The notes beneath the pieces were generated by a model. That model saw nothing but the letters and a program-made list of their open reading frames with translations, was not told where the DNA came from and searched no databases. Both the position numbers and the translations under genes were made by a program. Below are positions 46,927 to 57,039 of a stretch of DNA of 64,000 nt, in pieces; the first letter of the stretch is position 1; each line of letters begins with the position of its first letter. Source of the stretch: Thermoproteota archaeon (lineage in GTDB: Archaea; Korarchaeota; Korarchaeia; Korarchaeales; Korarchaeaceae); assembly GCA_027491735.1 (NCBI GenBank), contig JAOZGP010000004.1, positions 30,396 to 94,395 of the forward strand, read 5' to 3'.

Positions 46927-47301
46927 TCAACAGGTCACGTGAAAGATGGCTGCAACTTTCTTTCCCTCATCCTTTAACCTGTTGTAGATCCCTATGGCCT
47001 CCGGCGTCCTGGCCTTGATCACTGAAATGCTGAGCTCTGAGGCCACCTCTTCGACCTCCACCGTTGGTAGGGCACCGTACTGTCCGGTGCCGATCACCAA
47101 AACCTCAGGCTTCCTCTCCCCGAAGTACTCTTTTATCTCCCTCCCGATCAAAGGAGTATGCCCGTATCTCCTCTTGAGATCCATAGATAGCTCTTTTCTC
47201 CTCCTCTCGATGTTGTCGAAGAGAACCACGTCGTGATCATACCTCACACCATCTATGACTATGTACCCGAAGCCCGTCTCCTCAGGTCTCATGCTGACCA
47301 C
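46927..47301 (-). CDS. Mth938-like domain protein
   Basis: [33 protein letters not shown]. Confidence 0.9.
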   Translation of the reverse strand: MVSMRPEETGFGYIVIDGVRYDHDVVLFDNIERRRKELSMDLKRRYGHTPLIGREIKEYFGERKPEVLVIGTGQYGALPTVEVEEVASELSISVIKARTPEAIGIYNRLKDEGKKVAAIFHVTC

Positions 47302-49223
47302 GTCTGACCGTTAGAGCCATAGACCTTAGCTCCTGCGACCTCCTCCATCAGGGGTATGTAGGAGACGCCTGGGTTGATCCCTATGGATGTGTCGTAGATG
47401 TTCAACTCTATCCTCTTTCTCCTGATGAGCTCTCCCAGCCTTGTTATCTCCTCCTTCACGCTCCTGCCAAAGAGTGGGACATTGGCCCTTCCGTCGGTTA
47501 TGAGAAAGGCTCTGACCTTCAGCGATTCGTTCTTCATCCTCTCCTTATCAGCCATAATAAGGAGATTATGAAGTCCCGAGCTCAGCGGAGTTCTTCCTCC
47601 AGTGGGCACCTTCTCTATCTCCTCAAGAACCTTCACATAGTTCCTAGTTGGTGGAACGACCACCTCAGCACTGTTCCCCCTTATGACCACCAAGGCCATC
47701 TTTGATCTCTTCACGTAACCCTTCTCTATGAGCCTCCCTGCTATTCCCTTAGCTATGCTTATCCTCCTCCTTATCGCCATGCTGCCACTCGAATCGAGGA
47801 GAAGAATCCACAGAGTGGGAGGTCTTGCCCTTCTAACTCTGATTCTCACGTCGTCTGGGCCGATTCTCAGAGGAGGTCTCTTTCCGTTGAGCACCGACCA
47901 CACAGCGGAGTTGTACAGGTCGACATCCCTTATCTCTCCCTGAGGAGGAATGTAGGCCACTGGGATTCCCCTAGGAAAATTCATCACAGTCACGCTAGCG
48001 TCTCTGGAGGAGTGGTAGCTTGGAGGTCTGTCCTCCTCCCGATTCATGTTACAGAGCTTGAGCTCATCAATTTCCTCTGGATCAAACTTCAGCATCAGAT
48101 TTCCTGTGTTCTCAGGAGGCTCATCCCTTCTGTCGTCCCCTTTCCACTCTCTACCTTGATTGTTGTTCCCCCTCCGACCGTGATCATTGGAACTGTGAGG
48201 ATGCTGTCTCAACCTTGGAGGGGATTCCAAAGGCCTCTGGAGGGGCTTCTCCCTGAGTCTATGTGGGAGAGAGAGTTCCATAGCCCTCTCAAGATCCTCC
48301 AAGCTGACCATCCTTCTGCCGTCCAGAGCTGCTATAGCTTTGGCTGTCTTGACAGTGACTATCTCGGCCCTGTTGGTTCTTACACCTAGCTCTATTATCG
48401 TGTCGGCTAACAGCTTCAGAAGATCCTCGCTCACCTCGACTTTGGAAAGCATCTCCCTCGCCTCAGCTATCTTCTCTGTGAGCATCTCCTCCTCTCTTCT
48501 ATACCTCTCATAAAAGGTTAGAGGATCCCTGTGAAATTCCTCCACCCTCTTAACTATCTCGATTCTATCATCAGGATTCATAGGGACTGATATCTCGACG
48601 CATAGCCCGAACCTGTCCGATATCTGTGGTCTAAGCTCCCCCTCCTCGGGATTCATGCTTCCCACAAGTATAAAGCGGGAGGGATGCCTAAAGGATATTC
48701 CCTCTCTTTCTATTATGTTCCATCCCATCGCGGCGGCGTCTAGAAGAGAGTCAGCTATGTAATCGTCCAGTAGATTGACCTCGTCTATATAAAGCACGCC
48801 CCTGTTGGCCTCGGCTAATATGCCGGGCTGAAGGGCCTTGATCCCCTCCTTCATGAACCTCTCCACATCTATGGTCCCAACTAGCCTGTCTATCGTGGTG
48901 CTCAGAGGCATGTCAACGAGCCTCATTCTCCTCCTGGTTGTGGGAAGCTCCTCTCCTCTGCTGTATCTTTCGTAACACTTGTCACACATCTCAACCGGAT
49001 TTCTCGGGTTGCAGTTGAAGGGACATCCATCAACGATCTCTATCTCCGGGAGCACGTTTGCCAGAGCCCTCACCAACGTGGATTTACCAGTTCCCTTGTC
49101 CCCCTTGAGGAGAACACCTCCTATCATCGGATCGATGGCTACACAGAGGAGAGCCAGCTTGGCCTTATCCTGCCCGACGACGGCTGAGAACGGGAATATC
49201 AGGTGCTTACCTCTGGAACCCAC
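47289..49223 (-). CDS. Class I chelatase AAA+/VWA subunit (ChlI/ChlD-like)
   Basis: [35 protein letters not shown]; VWA DSSGS, GGRTP, ITDG. Confidence 0.92.
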   Translation of the reverse strand: MGSRGKHLIFPFSAVVGQDKAKLALLCVAIDPMIGGVLLKGDKGTGKSTLVRALANVLPEIEIVDGCPFNCNPRNPVEMCDKCYERYSRGEELPTTRRRMRLVDMPLSTTIDRLVGTIDVERFMKEGIKALQPGILAEANRGVLYIDEVNLLDDYIADSLLDAAAMGWNIIEREGISFRHPSRFILVGSMNPEEGELRPQISDRFGLCVEISVPMNPDDRIEIVKRVEEFHRDPLTFYERYRREEEMLTEKIAEAREMLSKVEVSEDLLKLLADTIIELGVRTNRAEIVTVKTAKAIAALDGRRMVSLEDLERAMELSLPHRLREKPLQRPLESPPRLRQHPHSSNDHGRRGNNNQGREWKGDDRRDEPPENTGNLMLKFDPEEIDELKLCNMNREEDRPPSYHSSRDASVTVMNFPRGIPVAYIPPQGEIRDVDLYNSAVWSVLNGKRPPLRIGPDDVRIRVRRARPPTLWILLLDSSGSMAIRRRISIAKGIAGRLIEKGYVKRSKMALVVIRGNSAEVVVPPTRNYVKVLEEIEKVPTGGRTPLSSGLHNLLIMADKERMKNESLKVRAFLITDGRANVPLFGRSVKEEITRLGELIRRKRIELNIYDTSIGINPGVSYIPLMEEVAGAKVYGSNGQTWSA

Positions 49224-49235
49224 GAGACCACCCTC

Positions 49236-52200
49236 CTATGCCGACACCACTTGCTCTTTTCCTTCCTTCTTGAGAGACTTCCACATCATTTCGACCTCTT
49301 CAATCCGCTCTTTCCAGTGATCATCATCTTCGGATGTGTAGATCTCTATCATTCCTCCTTGGACGTCTCCTTGACCGAGTTCTTCCTCTAAGATGCCCTC
49401 CAACTCAGAGTACATCTCCCTCAACTTTTCTATGAGTTCATCGCTCGTCTTCCACAGGCCGCGCTCATAGGCCTCTATCAGCCTCCTCACAATCTCCTCC
49501 AAGGCGTAGGGATTATGCTTCTCGAACCATCTCCTCATCTCATCATTAAGTGCGTACTTCTCGGCTATCTCATCGAACACCCAGTCCTCGACAAGTTTTG
49601 TCGTTGCCTCCCACCCATAGAGGTGGAGGATTTTCTTCGAGAACTCGCTGGCCCCTCTGTAGCCATGCTTTCTCATCTCATCTATCCATCTGTCGTTAAG
49701 GAGCTTCGTCCTGACAACCCTTTCTATCTCGTCTCTCACATTCACCACCTTGGTGTCCGTTACGTCCCTAGTGTCCACCTGAACTATGTCGACGCTCTTT
49801 CCGGTAAGCGCGTCCACGGCCGCCTTGAATCCACCGTGATATGCGAAGTAACAACAACAGTTCGTTAAGTCGTGCTCATCGCTCATGTGATTCCTGTTTA
49901 TCACGTCCACCTCCCTGAGACCTAGAGTTAGAGAGTCGTGTGCCTTCACCCCGAAAGCCTCCCTGCTGTAGGCATAACCACTCCAGTGAACCCAGACCTT
50001 TCCGAGATCATCGCCGCCCCTCCATCCGGAGGACTCCACAGCTAGATTGACCCCAGAACCATAGGAACCCGGAGGAGAGCTGAAAACTCTGAATCTAGCA
50101 AACTTTCTCGCCTCATCTAAGCTTCTTCCAAGCTCAACAAGTTCTCTTATGTGTTCTATGTAGTGCTTCCTGATGTAGTTCATCTCAGGAGGCTCATCTC
50201 TTGTAACGACCTTCTCAACGGCTTCATCTATCAGATAGATGTAGTTGGGAAGGGTGTCCCTAACTATCCCACTCATCCTCACCAGAACGTCTATTCTTGG
50301 CCTTTTAAGCTCCTCGATTGGTATGATCTCCACCCCAACCACGAAATCGTCTTTCCAGACGGGCCTAACACCCAAAAGGTATAGTATCTGAGCCACCTGC
50401 TCGCCATCGGCTTTGTAGCCATCTATGCTCCAGAGAACCTGACCTACGCTCTCAGGATACTTTCCGTGCTTCTTCACATAATTCTCTAGGAGCTTCTCCG
50501 CCGTCTCAACTCCCACCTGCCAGGCTGCCTGAGTTGGTATAGTTCTGGGATCGACTGCGTAGAAGTTCCTGCCGGTCGGGAGGATGTCGAACTTGCCTCT
50601 AGTTATGGCTCCCGACTGACCGGGCTCCACGTAAGTTCCTGAGATGCCTGATAACATACCTGATGTCTCTTTTTTGCACTCCGTTATCTTTTTAGCAACT
50701 TCAGCAGCCTTATTAAGGATCTTTATGATCTTTTCCAGGTCTTTAAGCTTAGTTCCAAGCCTGTCTTCCACCCTCTCGAGAGCATCCTGGGACACGACAA
50801 AGCCCCTGCTGATGACCTCCTCTAAAGCCATGACTGCCGCCTCGTGAGCTGCACGAAGCATCTCTCTGTTCGACACATCCCCGATCATCCCCGTTGGATT
50901 CCTCCTAAGCTCATTGTAGTCCAAACCAACGGCCTCCAAGATGGCCCTCCTGATTGATGGAGATGAGTAGGAGTCGTACTCCATGACTGTGGCCACGTAC
51001 TCAGCAAGCTTGTGGGGATCCTCGGGTGGATGACCGAGGACATGGAGGCCCATGTTTATCTGGGACCCCCTTATAAGGTCCGTGAATCTGTGGATCTCCT
51101 CTACCGTCCTCTCCTCGTTCTTGGGATCTGTGATCCTGATCCTGTTCCTCTCAGCACACTTCAAGATCTGCTTGTATATCTTCCTCCTCCTAATTTCATC
51201 TCCCAGGCTCTTTGCCTTGAAGTACTGATTTAGAAGGGAATTTACGTCATCGAGCACATTGGCCATGGCCATTGGTGGATATATGTGATCTATGAGGGCC
51301 GCATACCCTCTCCTCTTGGCTATCACCCCCTCCATGGGGTTCGACACGATGTAGACGTATAGATGGGGAACATCGTCTATTGAGGCCTGAGGCACACATG
51401 AGGGAGAGAGCCCAACCCCCTTGCCGGGTCTGAACTCCAGATAACCATGAGTGCCGAAGTGGATTACCACATCGGCCTTGAACTTCCTCGTGATCCACCT
51501 GTAAACGGCCCACCACTGATGTGGAGGGACTATTGTGGGATCGTGAAGAATCCTACACACCTTTCCATCACACCTAGCCCCAGCACAACCGAACTTGGGC
51601 TGTGGTGTTATGAGCACGTTCCCGAATATCACTCCAGGCACCACGAACCTTCCGTTGTGAACCATCCCCGCCAGAACCTTGTCCACCCTTCCGGTCAACA
51701 CCTCCTCCGGACTCCCCCAGCCCTCAACAATCTTCCTCCTCAGGTCCGGTGGAAGCTCTTGGAACCAACTCATGTATTCTTCAAAACCGACGAAGTCGAC
51801 TGCACCTCCCCTGCTCACTATATCCTCGACGCTAGTCCATCTGAACTCGCTCAGTGCCTTTCTCTCTAAGATCAGCTTCACCAATTCCTCCCCAGTCTCT
51901 GGGAGATCATCCCCAAGGAAGTAGCCCTCATCTCTCAACCTATGAAGCAACCTTACGACACTTTCAGGAACGTCAAGGCCCATCCCAACAGCTACGTTGG
52001 CCTCAAGACCCTTACATGGTGGATTTATCAGTACCACCGCTATCTTGACCTCTCCCCTCGGCTTTTTCCTCAGCTCAACCCATCTCCTTATCCTTCCAGC
52101 TATGTATCTCGCCTGTCCCTCGTGGATTTGGGATGTCTGATAGCCATCCTCGTTCCTCGTCCCTGAGAAGAAAATCGGCTCCACGGCCCCGATTATCTCA

Positions 52201-53048
52201 GGGATTATGACTCCGTAGACCTGAGTCATGTAGTCGACTCCCTGCTCGCTCCTCTCCCAGTTCTCCAAGGACTGATAATAGGATCTCACTGGAGAGAAAA
52301 CAGGGACTTTTAACTCTGAAAGCCTCTTCAGATCCGCTGTCCCAAAGGAGATCAGAGAGACCAGAGCTTCTATGGTTGGTACACCGTCCTTAAGGAAGAA
52401 CTCAAGCGCTTCGTCCTTTTCCACTCCTAGACCAGTAGTGGGGTCCTTCCTGTAAGTGAAAACTGGAACTACTCCAAGTCCCTCGTCCTCCAAGGCCTTT
52501 ATGAGCCTGTTTATATGGCCGAAGTCCTTGTACAACCAAAAGCTTCTCCAGAAAAGCAACCCCACAAGTGGTTTTCTAGTGTAGACCTTGAGGTAATCAT
52601 CCAAGCTCTCGAAGAGGCCGAACTCCGGGTGGTATATCCCCTGCATTGGAAGCTCCTCCGGCTCCTCGTAGCTGACGTTCTTCCCCGCTAGATTGGCGAG
52701 ATATCTTACCAAGTTTCTAAGATTTTTTTCCCCTCCAAGGATGTAATAAGACTTGGCTTTGGTTAGGACTTCCAGAGAAACGTTGTTAAGCTCCTCCAAC
52801 CCTCCCGAGGCTACAACCTGGGACCCGCTCGATGACCTGAGCAGATCTGAAACAGCTGCCGGTATCTCGTGTGCATATAAAAAGATCACCTTAGCCCTCC
52901 CCACAGATTCCAATTCTCTTTCACAACTCTGATCCGTGAGAACAACTCCTTCTATCTCTTCCTCGCTTAAGATCTTGTCAAGGAGAGGTTTTGCCTTGGC
53001 TCCATAGCCCAAGATGAGGCATACGCCTTCCTTTTTTGATACCTCCAT
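49236..53048 (-). CDS. cobN: CobN-family chelatase large subunit
   Basis: HFGTHG.LEF.PGK, EGVIAKRR, LPTGRNFY, RPRIDV..MSG..RD, YGSGV. Confidence 0.95.
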   Translation of the reverse strand: MEVSKKEGVCLILGYGAKAKPLLDKILSEEEIEGVVLTDQSCERELESVGRAKVIFLYAHEIPAAVSDLLRSSSGSQVVASGGLEELNNVSLEVLTKAKSYYILGGEKNLRNLVRYLANLAGKNVSYEEPEELPMQGIYHPEFGLFESLDDYLKVYTRKPLVGLLFWRSFWLYKDFGHINRLIKALEDEGLGVVPVFTYRKDPTTGLGVEKDEALEFFLKDGVPTIEALVSLISFGTADLKRLSELKVPVFSPVRSYYQSLENWERSEQGVDYMTQVYGVIIPEIIGAVEPIFFSGTRNEDGYQTSQIHEGQARYIAGRIRRWVELRKKPRGEVKIAVVLINPPCKGLEANVAVGMGLDVPESVVRLLHRLRDEGYFLGDDLPETGEELVKLILERKALSEFRWTSVEDIVSRGGAVDFVGFEEYMSWFQELPPDLRRKIVEGWGSPEEVLTGRVDKVLAGMVHNGRFVVPGVIFGNVLITPQPKFGCAGARCDGKVCRILHDPTIVPPHQWWAVYRWITRKFKADVVIHFGTHGYLEFRPGKGVGLSPSCVPQASIDDVPHLYVYIVSNPMEGVIAKRRGYAALIDHIYPPMAMANVLDDVNSLLNQYFKAKSLGDEIRRRKIYKQILKCAERNRIRITDPKNEERTVEEIHRFTDLIRGSQINMGLHVLGHPPEDPHKLAEYVATVMEYDSYSSPSIRRAILEAVGLDYNELRRNPTGMIGDVSNREMLRAAHEAAVMALEEVISRGFVVSQDALERVEDRLGTKLKDLEKIIKILNKAAEVAKKITECKKETSGMLSGISGTYVEPGQSGAITRGKFDILPTGRNFYAVDPRTIPTQAAWQVGVETAEKLLENYVKKHGKYPESVGQVLWSIDGYKADGEQVAQILYLLGVRPVWKDDFVVGVEIIPIEELKRPRIDVLVRMSGIVRDTLPNYIYLIDEAVEKVVTRDEPPEMNYIRKHYIEHIRELVELGRSLDEARKFARFRVFSSPPGSYGSGVNLAVESSGWRGGDDLGKVWVHWSGYAYSREAFGVKAHDSLTLGLREVDVINRNHMSDEHDLTNCCCYFAYHGGFKAAVDALTGKSVDIVQVDTRDVTDTKVVNVRDEIERVVRTKLLNDRWIDEMRKHGYRGASEFSKKILHLYGWEATTKLVEDWVFDEIAEKYALNDEMRRWFEKHNPYALEEIVRRLIEAYERGLWKTSDELIEKLREMYSELEGILEEELGQGDVQGGMIEIYTSEDDDHWKERIEEVEMMWKSLKKEGKEQVVSA

Positions 53049-53103
53049 CAGATAGATAACACTTGGGTAATTAGATTTAAGCTTATTTTGTGATGAACGA
53101 ACA

Positions 53104-53928
53104 TCAGATGTTGTTCAGCACCCAAAAGTAGACGGGCTTGAGCGGCGGAATGTACAGTACGTCCAGCAGGAAGAGCGTCGTCAGGACTTTCATAAGTGCT
53201 AACGTTATGGAGAGGAGGAGAAACACAATGGATAACAATGTCACAGCTGAAGGTCTCGTTCTGCCTGTTCCGGATCTTGAGGTAGGACTGAACCCCCTGC
53301 TAAACAGAGTTAATGAGATCATGTAGGACCTTCTGATGACTTGGGCCACGAGAGGGACTGCAAATCTGACTGTGTCCCTGTATCTGGTCAACTTGAAGCC
53401 GGATAGTTTGAAAACAGCGTACACAGATCTTATCTCATCAGCCATGGTTCTGAAGAACCTAACACCTATAGATATGGAGATCGATAGCTTGGGATTGTCC
53501 AGGGATCTTCGCAGAGTCTTCAGCATGCTCCCCTCTCCCGTGGTCCAGGCCACGGTCAACCCAACCAGCACAACTGTCACAAGCCTCAGGGACTGCTCAG
53601 CCCCATAGATGAGCCCCTGATAGTAGAGGTAGATCCCTCCGGTCATCCATCCGAGAACTGGGATCTCCGGTGGCACCAAAGTGAGGAGCACAGTTCTAGG
53701 CCATCCCTGATAGAAGAGCGACTGAGAGATTATCACCCCCCACGCAGGAGGGAGGATCACCAGGGCTGTCGTCTTGATCCGAGAGATGTCTGGCCTGCCC
53801 GCGACGTATACAAGAACTGCCAGAAGAGTTAGGAGGATCAGGTTCTCCAGTTTATCGAAGGTGATAGCCAACAGGTTGAAGGAGATCAGAATCAGAAGCT
53901 TAGCTGCTGGGTTCAGCTGTATCTTCAT
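53104..53928 (-). CDS. ECF transporter T component
   Basis: LNPAAKL, VRFF, SRGF; follows ECF ATPase. Confidence 0.88.
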   Translation of the reverse strand: MKIQLNPAAKLLILISFNLLAITFDKLENLILLTLLAVLVYVAGRPDISRIKTTALVILPPAWGVIISQSLFYQGWPRTVLLTLVPPEIPVLGWMTGGIYLYYQGLIYGAEQSLRLVTVVLVGLTVAWTTGEGSMLKTLRRSLDNPKLSISISIGVRFFRTMADEIRSVYAVFKLSGFKLTRYRDTVRFAVPLVAQVIRRSYMISLTLFSRGFSPTSRSGTGRTRPSAVTLLSIVFLLLSITLALMKVLTTLFLLDVLYIPPLKPVYFWVLNNI

Positions 53929-55558
53929 CGGGAATCACCGATCCAAAGAGCTCCAACTCAGTGATCGGAGGAAGCCCCAGTTTCTGACAAGTGGAAAGGA
54001 CCATGGGCTTAGCCAGGTTGAGCTCAAGCACCAGATCATCCTCTGAGAGAACATCCCCTGGGGATCCCTGAGAGCGCACCTCCCCGTCCTTTATCACTAT
54101 GCAGGAATCCGCGTAGTTGAAAGCGAAGTCTGGATCGTGTGTCGTAACCACAGCTGTGCCTCCAGACGAGACAAACTCCCTGAGAACTCCGCCTAAGGCC
54201 TCTATGCACTCCTCGTCCTGACCTGTAGTGGGCTCGTCCAGCAGGAGAATCTTCGGATTTAGAGCAAGAGAGGCTGCAAGGGCGACCCTGAACCGCTGTC
54301 CTCTGGACAGGGAATGAGGATTCTTGTCCATCAGATCTGAGACGAGAAGTTTCTTCGCTAAATTGTTTACATTGTATGGACATCTGTTTCTTACAGCTCT
54401 TTCCTCAAGTTCCTTCCTTACAGTCTCAAACATTAGAACTAGGTCAGCGTTCTGAGGAACATAACCCATCAGACCAGAGGAGTCGCTGACTGAACGTATG
54501 ATCCTGCCCAGGGCGATGATCTTCCCTCTCTTAGGTCTCAGAAAACCAGAGATAACCCTTAGCAGCGTGGTCTTTCCGGAGGCGTTGGGTCCCATCACGA
54601 CGTACACTCTCCCACTGCTCAGTTCCAAGCTGATGTCCTTCAGGACGTACCTTCTTCCCACGTACGAAGCCCAAACCCTGTCGACCTTGAGGATCATGTC
54701 CCCATCTGAGATGTCAGTGCGAACCGGATCCGCTGATAGAAGGACTTTTTCGAGAGGAGATAAGTCCATGGGAGATCTCATCTCCTGCTTGAGGAGAATA
54801 GAGGCTCTGAAGTTAGCTGGAAGTCTTATACCTAGATTTGCCAACAGTAGGACCTTCTTGTGGAGCTCTCTGCCGTGGACTGTGCTGACCACCATCCCCC
54901 TGTCGAGGATGATGACCCTGTCTATCAAGCTATGAAAGGGTATCACCTCTCTGAGCCTGTGTTCTATCAGAATCACGGTCTTTCCCATGGATCTTAGCTC
55001 TGTCAGGACTTTCATGAGCTCCTTCGATGATCTCGGCTCTAGATGAGCTAAAGGCTCATCTAAGATAATCACCTCAGACCCCAAGGCGAGAGCACAGGCC
55101 ACTGCCAGCTTTTGAAGTTGGCCTCCGGAGAGCTCCTCTGATCTCCTGTTCTCCGAACCCTCGAGTCCAACCAGCTTGAGACACTTCTTTCCGATATCCA
55201 GATCCTTTACGTCGATGTTCTCCAGAACAAAGAGAACTTCGTCCAGCACCGTCTCTGAGAAAATCTGATCGTAGGGCGACTGAGCGACATACGTCACCTT
55301 CCTGGAGAGGCTGGGGGGATGCTCCTTGGCGGGATCAGCTCCAAGGACTTCGACTCTTCCCTCAACCTCAGCCCTCTCCACGTGTGGAATCACTCCGGAG
55401 ATCACTTTGCCCAAAGTGGACTTGCCGCTTCCGGATCTTCCCAGGATCAAGACGAACTCCTCATCAATTTTCAGGTGAACGCCCTTCACCGCTAAGCCTT
55501 CCTCCCTCGGGTATCTCACCCTCAGATCCTCCAGCACCACTCTACTCATGAGCCACAC
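53900..55558 (-). CDS. ECF transporter fused double ATPase
   Basis: GRSGSGKS/LSGGQ/DEP and GPNASGKT/LSRGQ/DEPTTG. Confidence 0.93.
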   Translation of the reverse strand: MWLMSRVVLEDLRVRYPREEGLAVKGVHLKIDEEFVLILGRSGSGKSTLGKVISGVIPHVERAEVEGRVEVLGADPAKEHPPSLSRKVTYVAQSPYDQIFSETVLDEVLFVLENIDVKDLDIGKKCLKLVGLEGSENRRSEELSGGQLQKLAVACALALGSEVIILDEPLAHLEPRSSKELMKVLTELRSMGKTVILIEHRLREVIPFHSLIDRVIILDRGMVVSTVHGRELHKKVLLLANLGIRLPANFRASILLKQEMRSPMDLSPLEKVLLSADPVRTDISDGDMILKVDRVWASYVGRRYVLKDISLELSSGRVYVVMGPNASGKTTLLRVISGFLRPKRGKIIALGRIIRSVSDSSGLMGYVPQNADLVLMFETVRKELEERAVRNRCPYNVNNLAKKLLVSDLMDKNPHSLSRGQRFRVALAASLALNPKILLLDEPTTGQDEECIEALGGVLREFVSSGGTAVVTTHDPDFAFNYADSCIVIKDGEVRSQGSPGDVLSEDDLVLELNLAKPMVLSTCQKLGLPPITELELFGSVIPDEDTAEPSS

Positions 55559-57038
55559 CTCTCACGTAGGTGGACAGCCAGATGCCAGCTAGAAGTCCCG
55601 GGATCGTGTAGAGGGCATTTCCCAAGCTGTACATGGCGACATACCACCCAGCGTAGTAGAGTCTGTAGAGTGCAGCATACAGAATGAGATCAACGTACTT
55701 ATCGACCACCGCGGCAGGAACAAACGAAACCAGTATCCTCGGTCTCGTGATAACACCCCTGCTGGTCACCCCAGCCAGGTACAGGAGGGGCTCGAAGAAG
55801 AGGGAGGAAGTGGCCAACCAGAATACCGATATTATGCTCAACCTCCCGAAGAAGAAGGAGTACATGATCCACTTAGAGAACATCACCATGGTGAGCGTGC
55901 CGAACCTGGGCCTTAGGGAGACAGCCACCACGTAGAGCATGTAGAGAAAGACGTCATACACCAGACCGGTTATCAACCAGTCGAAAGGTCCGAGAACTGA
56001 GGCAATCCCCCAGACGAGCTGTCCGGGAACAAACACTATGGAGAAGATCAGACATCCCATGAGGGAGCATAGGAGCACATCCCCCATGCTCCTCCTCCTC
56101 AGATAGTAAGACGTCACGATGAGAAATACGGGGAGGGCAACCCCTCCAGCGAACATCGATAGAATCAGCACACTCCCCTTGGTTGAGATTATCCTCAGAG
56201 GGAAGGTCTTCACCAGGACGGGTTTTGAGCTGCCGGCGGGATAAACGAGAACCTTCATCCTATAGCTCCCAGCCAATCTCTCAGGTGATATCGGTGTGAA
56301 TATGGGAAAGATGTTCTTCTCGCCACCAATCACGTTCTCCAAGGTTATCACACCGTGGTCGCTCTTGGCCTCCTTGGCCTCCAGAGAGGAGGTTGAGATA
56401 GGAAGAGTTTCTCCTTTTTCATCTTCGATGAGAACGATCAAGGTATATACACCTTGTCCCTCGACCTTTACGCAGGCCATCGTGAGGAGGTCTGGATGAG
56501 CGCTGCTTCTGCCCTCCCCTGTTATCATCCTGACGAATGTCGGGGTGAGGCTGGACCTCACTATGACGGTGTTCGGCTCTGTACGGGGATCCGTTCTACC
56601 AAGGGTATCTGTTGGTATCCTCAGATCCAGGTCAATGTCCCAGGAACCCTTTGGGATCAGGACCTCTCTCTTCTCCACGATGCTCCCAAAGGATTCGCAT
56701 CTAACTACTACAAGACAAGGGCTTCTGCCCACCGAGATTTTGATGGGAAAGGCTCGCAGATCCCGTCTAACCTTGAGAGTGAACCTGTAAGAGGGAGGAG
56801 AGAGAAGAGTTCCGTTTGTCACGGTCACAACAATCCTGCCGGAGATCTCATGTCTGGACAGCAACTCAACCATGATCTCTCCCGAGACCGTTGAGTTAGG
56901 AGATACCTCAGCTGTTCCTCCCTCAAAGCCCACAGGGATCTGGAGGCTCACCTTAACTTCGTTGATGTCCTGCGCTCCAACGGACATCTTGGGTAGAAAC
57001 AGAAAAAACAGGAGGAAGATCAGGAGGGATCTGTTCAT
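55542..57038 (-). CDS. Extracellular domain fused to ECF S-component-like membrane domain
   Basis: Signal peptide, about 270-aa beta-rich region, then 6-7 TM with RPRFGT motif. Confidence 0.7.
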   Translation of the reverse strand: MNRSLLIFLLFFLFLPKMSVGAQDINEVKVSLQIPVGFEGGTAEVSPNSTVSGEIMVELLSRHEISGRIVVTVTNGTLLSPPSYRFTLKVRRDLRAFPIKISVGRSPCLVVVRCESFGSIVEKREVLIPKGSWDIDLDLRIPTDTLGRTDPRTEPNTVIVRSSLTPTFVRMITGEGRSSAHPDLLTMACVKVEGQGVYTLIVLIEDEKGETLPISTSSLEAKEAKSDHGVITLENVIGGEKNIFPIFTPISPERLAGSYRMKVLVYPAGSSKPVLVKTFPLRIISTKGSVLILSMFAGGVALPVFLIVTSYYLRRRSMGDVLLCSLMGCLIFSIVFVPGQLVWGIASVLGPFDWLITGLVYDVFLYMLYVVAVSLRPRFGTLTMVMFSKWIMYSFFFGRLSIISVFWLATSSLFFEPLLYLAGVTSRGVITRPRILVSFVPAAVVDKYVDLILYAALYRLYYAGWYVAMYSLGNALYTIPGLLAGIWLSTYVRGVAHE

Positions 57039-57039
57039 C

